Shown piece by piece: positions 48,610 to 52,937 of a stretch of 52,937 bases of DNA (position 1 is the stretch's first letter; the number at the start of each line of letters is the position of its first letter). The stretch spans positions 1 to 52,937 of the forward strand of contig JTLS01000011.1 in the NCBI GenBank assembly GCA_000826855.1. Reading direction: 5' to 3'. The translations under genes and the position numbers were made by a program. A model generated the notes under the pieces. It saw nothing but the letters and a program-made list of their open reading frames with translations, was not told the DNA's origin and made no database searches. This stretch comes from Basidioascus undulatus. Lineage: Eukaryota.

Positions 48610-49595
48610 AACCTGCCTGCGCACATGAATGTATCCTATGGGTCCCTGTGTTACTGTCAGTGTGTATGGCGGTCGCTCGGCCTCAGGTGTTGCCGCCGAC
48701 GCAATGAGCCTGTAGCTGACACAACTTGGCACCACGTCAAACCGCGGTGGCCTTGTGCAAACTTCCAAGTGAACAGGTGGAGTACCCTTGCTTTCATGAT
48801 TATTCTGTTTAGGAATATGTTGGAATATTTGAAAATTGGAACAACATGCTTGGGTGGGGTAGTGGTAACCTGGGTCGTTGCCATTTGAAGTCGACCCGCC
48901 CCGTGTTCGATTCACGGTTCAAGCATTTTTTGTTGTCTTTGTCTCAGGCATTTCCTTTTTTTCCGGTCCATCGGCCAGTTGGATCCGTGTGGAGTATGGA
49001 GTGTGGCATACTATGGTCTGCTGCCGTTTGATGCCAGTACTGTGCTGATGCTCATTTTGCACGTAGGGCTCAACAAGCAGATCACGCTCAAGGACTCACG
49101 CGATTCAGCAGCCCTCTTCTTTGCTTTTTTAAACAAAGCTACACCTCTCAGAATAAGTAATGGAGAATCTGAACAACGGTCGGTCGTTCAGTTCCAGAGT
49201 CGTAGACTTTTGAGTTTATCAAGCCAGCGCACGCGCGGCAGCCTCGAGGGATGTAGGTATCGTGAAGTGCTGCTCGAGTTAATGAAGATGCAGGCTGAAT
49301 AAAGTGTGAATGTTGGTGAGTAAATTGTGAGGGGAGGAAGGAGTTGTCGCGGACGGATCGTAAAGCTTGGCCGTGTCGACGTTGACGACGTTGCAGTTCC
49401 GTTGTGCTGCTAGTGCGCTTCAACATCGCGCCGCTTTTTGAATACCACCAGCTCCCAAAGTGCACGTAAATCTCCTGAAATACTTTGAGCGTTGTTGTGG
49501 TTTCACGCGTCTGCCTATTCATGTGAGTTGGTGCCGTAAGCAGTCAGCTTGCGGCCGAGCTCATCCAGGCGGCATCTATAAGGTAGTATGCTCCA

Positions 49596-50761
49596 CTAGA
49601 TGCGCACAAAACCCTGAACAGCTCCAAACGTCCGCTGTACAAGTAAAGTCAGAAGAATCCCTGCCACGAAAGCAACGGTCAGCGTCAGGGGCTGCTGCTG
49701 CCCCGACAGCTTTCTGACGAGAACCGTCTTCGTCGATGGCTTGATGGGCTTGCCGTCCGGCCCGTAGCCGGGCACGTCATACGAGAAGGGCTCGGAGAGA
49801 GGCTCCGACGAGTTGACAAAGTCCAACGGCAAGCTTGGGAGGCCGTCAAGGCTGTAGGAGAAGAGCTTAGTCGAGCAAGCGAATGCAGCGGTCAGGGATC
49901 CAAAAGAAGCGCAAGCGCACCTCTGTGTGTTGGTCATCTTCCAATAGTCCCTCATGCCCTGCCCCTTCTCAATCTTCTCCCTCCGGGACATCCCATTCTC
50001 CAAAATATGGCGTGCTACTCACGCTGGACAGTCAGCTCCTCCGCGACATACCGGCGCAGCGTCGAAGCGGACCTACCTTCCAAATACTTATACTTCGGTA
50101 CCGCGTAGCCACAGCTCGTGGCCACCTTGAAGATATCGACTTCTATGATCGCTCGCGCCCCGGGAAGACGGCGAGGCGAGCCGGGCGGTACGCGCTCGTT
50201 GAACTCGGGCGTGTCGCGCAGGTAGACCGTGCCGTTCCCGAAGAGTCGCAGAATGCGAGGGGGACCATCAAATGCGCAAAACCTGTTATTCCCGTGTTTG
50301 GAGGTTGTGAGTCACAAGGTACTTTGAGGAGGAGGTGACCCTGCAGCTCGCCAGAAACAGACACGCACATGACTGTGATCCGGCCGTTCCCCGGCTCGTT
50401 AATGTGCGAGATAGTCTCGGTCCCGCTCCCCGTCAAGTCCAAGTACCAGAAGGTGTTGGCATCGACGACCTTGAACGTCTCCTCCGAGTGGCCCTTAGGA
50501 CTCAGATTGACGTGCTTGCCTAGAGGCGCCGGGGGAGAATACAGCCCAGTTTCAGCGCTTGGCTTCCCACGGGGAGAATCCAGGATGGGCGTGGAGCTTA
50601 CCGTTGAGCGGTGCGGTGGCAACGAAGAGGAGCTTTTGCTCCTTGATCCAGTCTTTCACAGAGATAGATTGTGAGTCATGCTGTACTAGCTGGGCAATTG
50701 AGGACAGCAGCGCGAACGCACCGAAGCAAAAGTCTGGGATGCTGTTGTAGTATTTCACCAT
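49596..50761 (-). CDS. Pyridoxamine 5'-phosphate oxidase-like FMN-binding split-barrel protein (YLR456W/YPR172W-like) with a C-terminal TM anchor
   Basis: MVKYYNSIPD..WIKEQKLLFVATAPL..HVNLSPKG..WYLDLTGSGTETISHINEPGNGRITVM..AFDGPPRILRLFGNG..PGARAII..VATSCGYAVP..YWKMTNTQSLDGLPSL. Hydrophobic LTVAFVAGILLTLLV lies near the C-terminus. Confidence 0.9.
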
Positions 50762-52284
50762 ATTCGCGCGCTCCCCGAGAGCGTCGCAAGGCGACGAGAA
50801 GGGACCGGTTGAGAAGAGGAGGGGGGAGAGGAGGGAAGGGAGAAGAGGAAATGGGGAGGAAACAGTGGGGAGATAAGATATGATCTTACAGTCGTGTGCG
50901 GGGAATAAGGGCGCCACGCATGGCGTAGGCATGCCTGCAGAATTATGGGCCGGTCCGGCATGGTCCGCATGGTCCGCATCGGACCTTTCGGGTCATATTG
51001 CTTGCGAGCCTCAGCCTTTGATGCAAACGTCCAAAATACATGAATGAAGTGAAAGGCTTTAAACGACTTTTGACCTTTCATTCAACCGAAAGTGTAACTG
51101 CAGGCACCACGGGCTCGAATCCGGTCTGAGTGGCACGCTTTCGAGCTCGAGTTTCTTCTGCTCGTTGAGTTGTGCATGAGCACCTTATGACCTTTTTACG
51201 CAATGAATCATCAAGACGATACCTCTTTGCATACATAGACTGAACAGGAATTTACATGACTTGACAGCTCCTAAACGGAGCTCACTCCGAGTCGCACGGT
51301 GGCCTAGGACGTATGTGCAGCGTGGTCTTTCCAAGTACACGGCGAGTGGGACGGTATGCGCAAGCACTTGTTATTGAACTCAAAGTGTTAGGTACTGTTC
51401 ATGTTGAATGAACGGGATATGCTGAACCTTGAGGCAACATGGAATACTTATGAGCTTGCAGTCACTTCCAGCATGCGGTATTCGAAAACGCGGCTTGGCT
51501 GTGTGTGGAATGTGGGAAGCACCTCGCTGTCTTTCAACCATTTATCGCTCGTACACTTCTAAGACGTTGGCGTGCCATGGATCTTTCGAGCTGCGCTGTG
51601 CCCCGTGCAGCGATCCGCTCAGCCTAGTTAGCCGCGATCCCTTGGACACAGCTGGGACGGAATGGCCGGTCTTTGCGTTGCTACATAAAAATCTCTCAAA
51701 TACATATGATATCCTCCTCTAGTTCGCATCGTCCGGTCGCCACTGTTGAGTCGCAGTTCACGGGTAGACGTGCAGACAGAGGCATCGCCCGTCTGCTTGC
51801 GGTGCAACAGCCTGTGTCCGCCAGCAGCACCGGCTGCCAGCCATCCGCATTAACTTTGACTGGGAACGACTTGGACAAGAACAAAGCAGATGCCTGATTT
51901 TGCGCACTCAAGTTGAAGCGGCGGCGCTTAACCTCCCACCGGTTGTTTTTTCCTCAGTCTTATGTAATTTCGCGCTGATCTCGCGGCTCGAGAGCTCTCC
52001 CTCCCCTCCCTCCATTTTTCCGTCCTGAGGTACCGTAGGTTGTATGGCAGTGAGTGACCCCTTAGTGCACGTACACAATATCAGTACCCCAGCGAAGGGC
52101 ATTCCCAACGAAGTTCATATCTGGGAATGCGAGTTCTGCTAATTAAAGCGCTCAAGCTCGACAATGCAGCGTGCAGCAGCACCCATGCCGTCTCTAGAGA
52201 TTGAAGCATCATGTCAAATCTACGGATATATCACTGCACGCATTAAAACAAAGACATATCGCGTCCGCTCAGAGTAGTGTCCGC

Positions 52285-52927
52285 TCAGGACGGCAAGTGG
52301 AACGGCAGCGAGCGATGCAGGCGCGCCGCGATCTCGAGGAAATTGGGCTCGTTGTCGGGCGTGAGGAAGCCGTGGCGGATGAAGAAGTCAATGAGGACTA
52401 CCGGTACGGTGAGGAAGTGAGATTCCCTGGCAAATGGCGAGCTGAGAAGGGGGGTAGGGACGGACCGAGGGTACAGTTATACTTGAACTCGCCGGCGAGC
52501 ATGAGGCGTTGGATTTCGGGAATGGGGAGAAGCTGCGAGGGGGTTGGTCGGATGTGTGAGGAGTTTGAGTGTATGGAGATAGTGAGGAGTGGGGACGCAC
52601 TTCGAACGATTCGACTTCCCCGTCCCGCGGTTTGGGAATCACGGCGGGTGAGGCAGTGTCCTCGGGCGCGGGGACGGGCAGGTCGTAGACGTATCTGCGC
52701 CGCGTTTCAGCCATGAGCACAAGCGGTCCAAGCTGCATCAGAGACGGGGAAACGCACTCGACTTCAGGCTGCAGCCACCCCCTCAGCGTCCGGTAAAAGT
52801 ACGTGATGACTCCCACCGCCTTCACGTTCTGTCGCACAAACTCCTCCTCCAGGTCCGCCTCCTCCCCGCACTCCTTGACGACCGTGCTCGCGGGCGAGTC
52901 GCCAAACGCGATCCCTCCTGCGACCGT
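52285..52927 (-). CDS. 5'-partial Nudix hydrolase (YJR142W/Tnr3-Nudix-like)
   Basis: TVAGGIAFGDSPASTVVKECGEEADL (Nudix box)..LQPEVE|YVYDL..PKPRDGEVESFE|..GEFKYNCTL|VLIDFFIRHGFLTPDNEPNFLEIAARLHR..*. Stop at 52285-52287. The gene continues beyond the window. Confidence 0.88.
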
Positions 52928-52937
52928 CTGTGCCAGA

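Noticed and set aside
50952..50985. GGTCCGCAT repeats with an inverted CGGACC upstream of the PNPOx-like gene
   Set aside because: Could be CGG-type Zn2Cys6 sites, but too short and degenerate to support.

Overview
GC-rich, intron-dense eukaryotic DNA that reads as a basidiomycete fungus. Introns are mostly 45-95 nt with GTGCG/GTGAG/GTACG donors and CTGAC/CTAAC-type branch sites. I spliced the genes by hand, so internal boundaries are predictions. Apparently intact genes: pirin, a 4-TM protein, Mpv17/SYM1-like (5' end unresolved), a secreted GDPD, MTG2 (Obg GTPase), ATG7, DMC1, a mitochondrial acyl-CoA dehydrogenase, UTP22, an O-fucosyltransferase-like protein, YTM1, MCM4, a small orphan gene, a PNPOx-like FMN-binding protein, a partial Nudix hydrolase and a partial hypothetical gene at the left edge. 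Between them lie decayed accessory genes: one BTB, three F-box-like and an epoxide hydrolase-like relic. The most unusual signals are: (i) the last two DMC1 introns lack GT donors (GG and GC), and a diverged inverted DMC1 3' fragment 1.9 kb away has non-GT donors at the same two positions (GA and GC); (ii) a perfect-Kozak CUG adds a 47-aa targeting-like extension to pirin; (iii) a ~131-aa orphan gene with a SIM-like motif shares an MCB-containing divergent promoter with MCM4. I recognised no rRNA, tRNA, CRISPR array or intact transposon.
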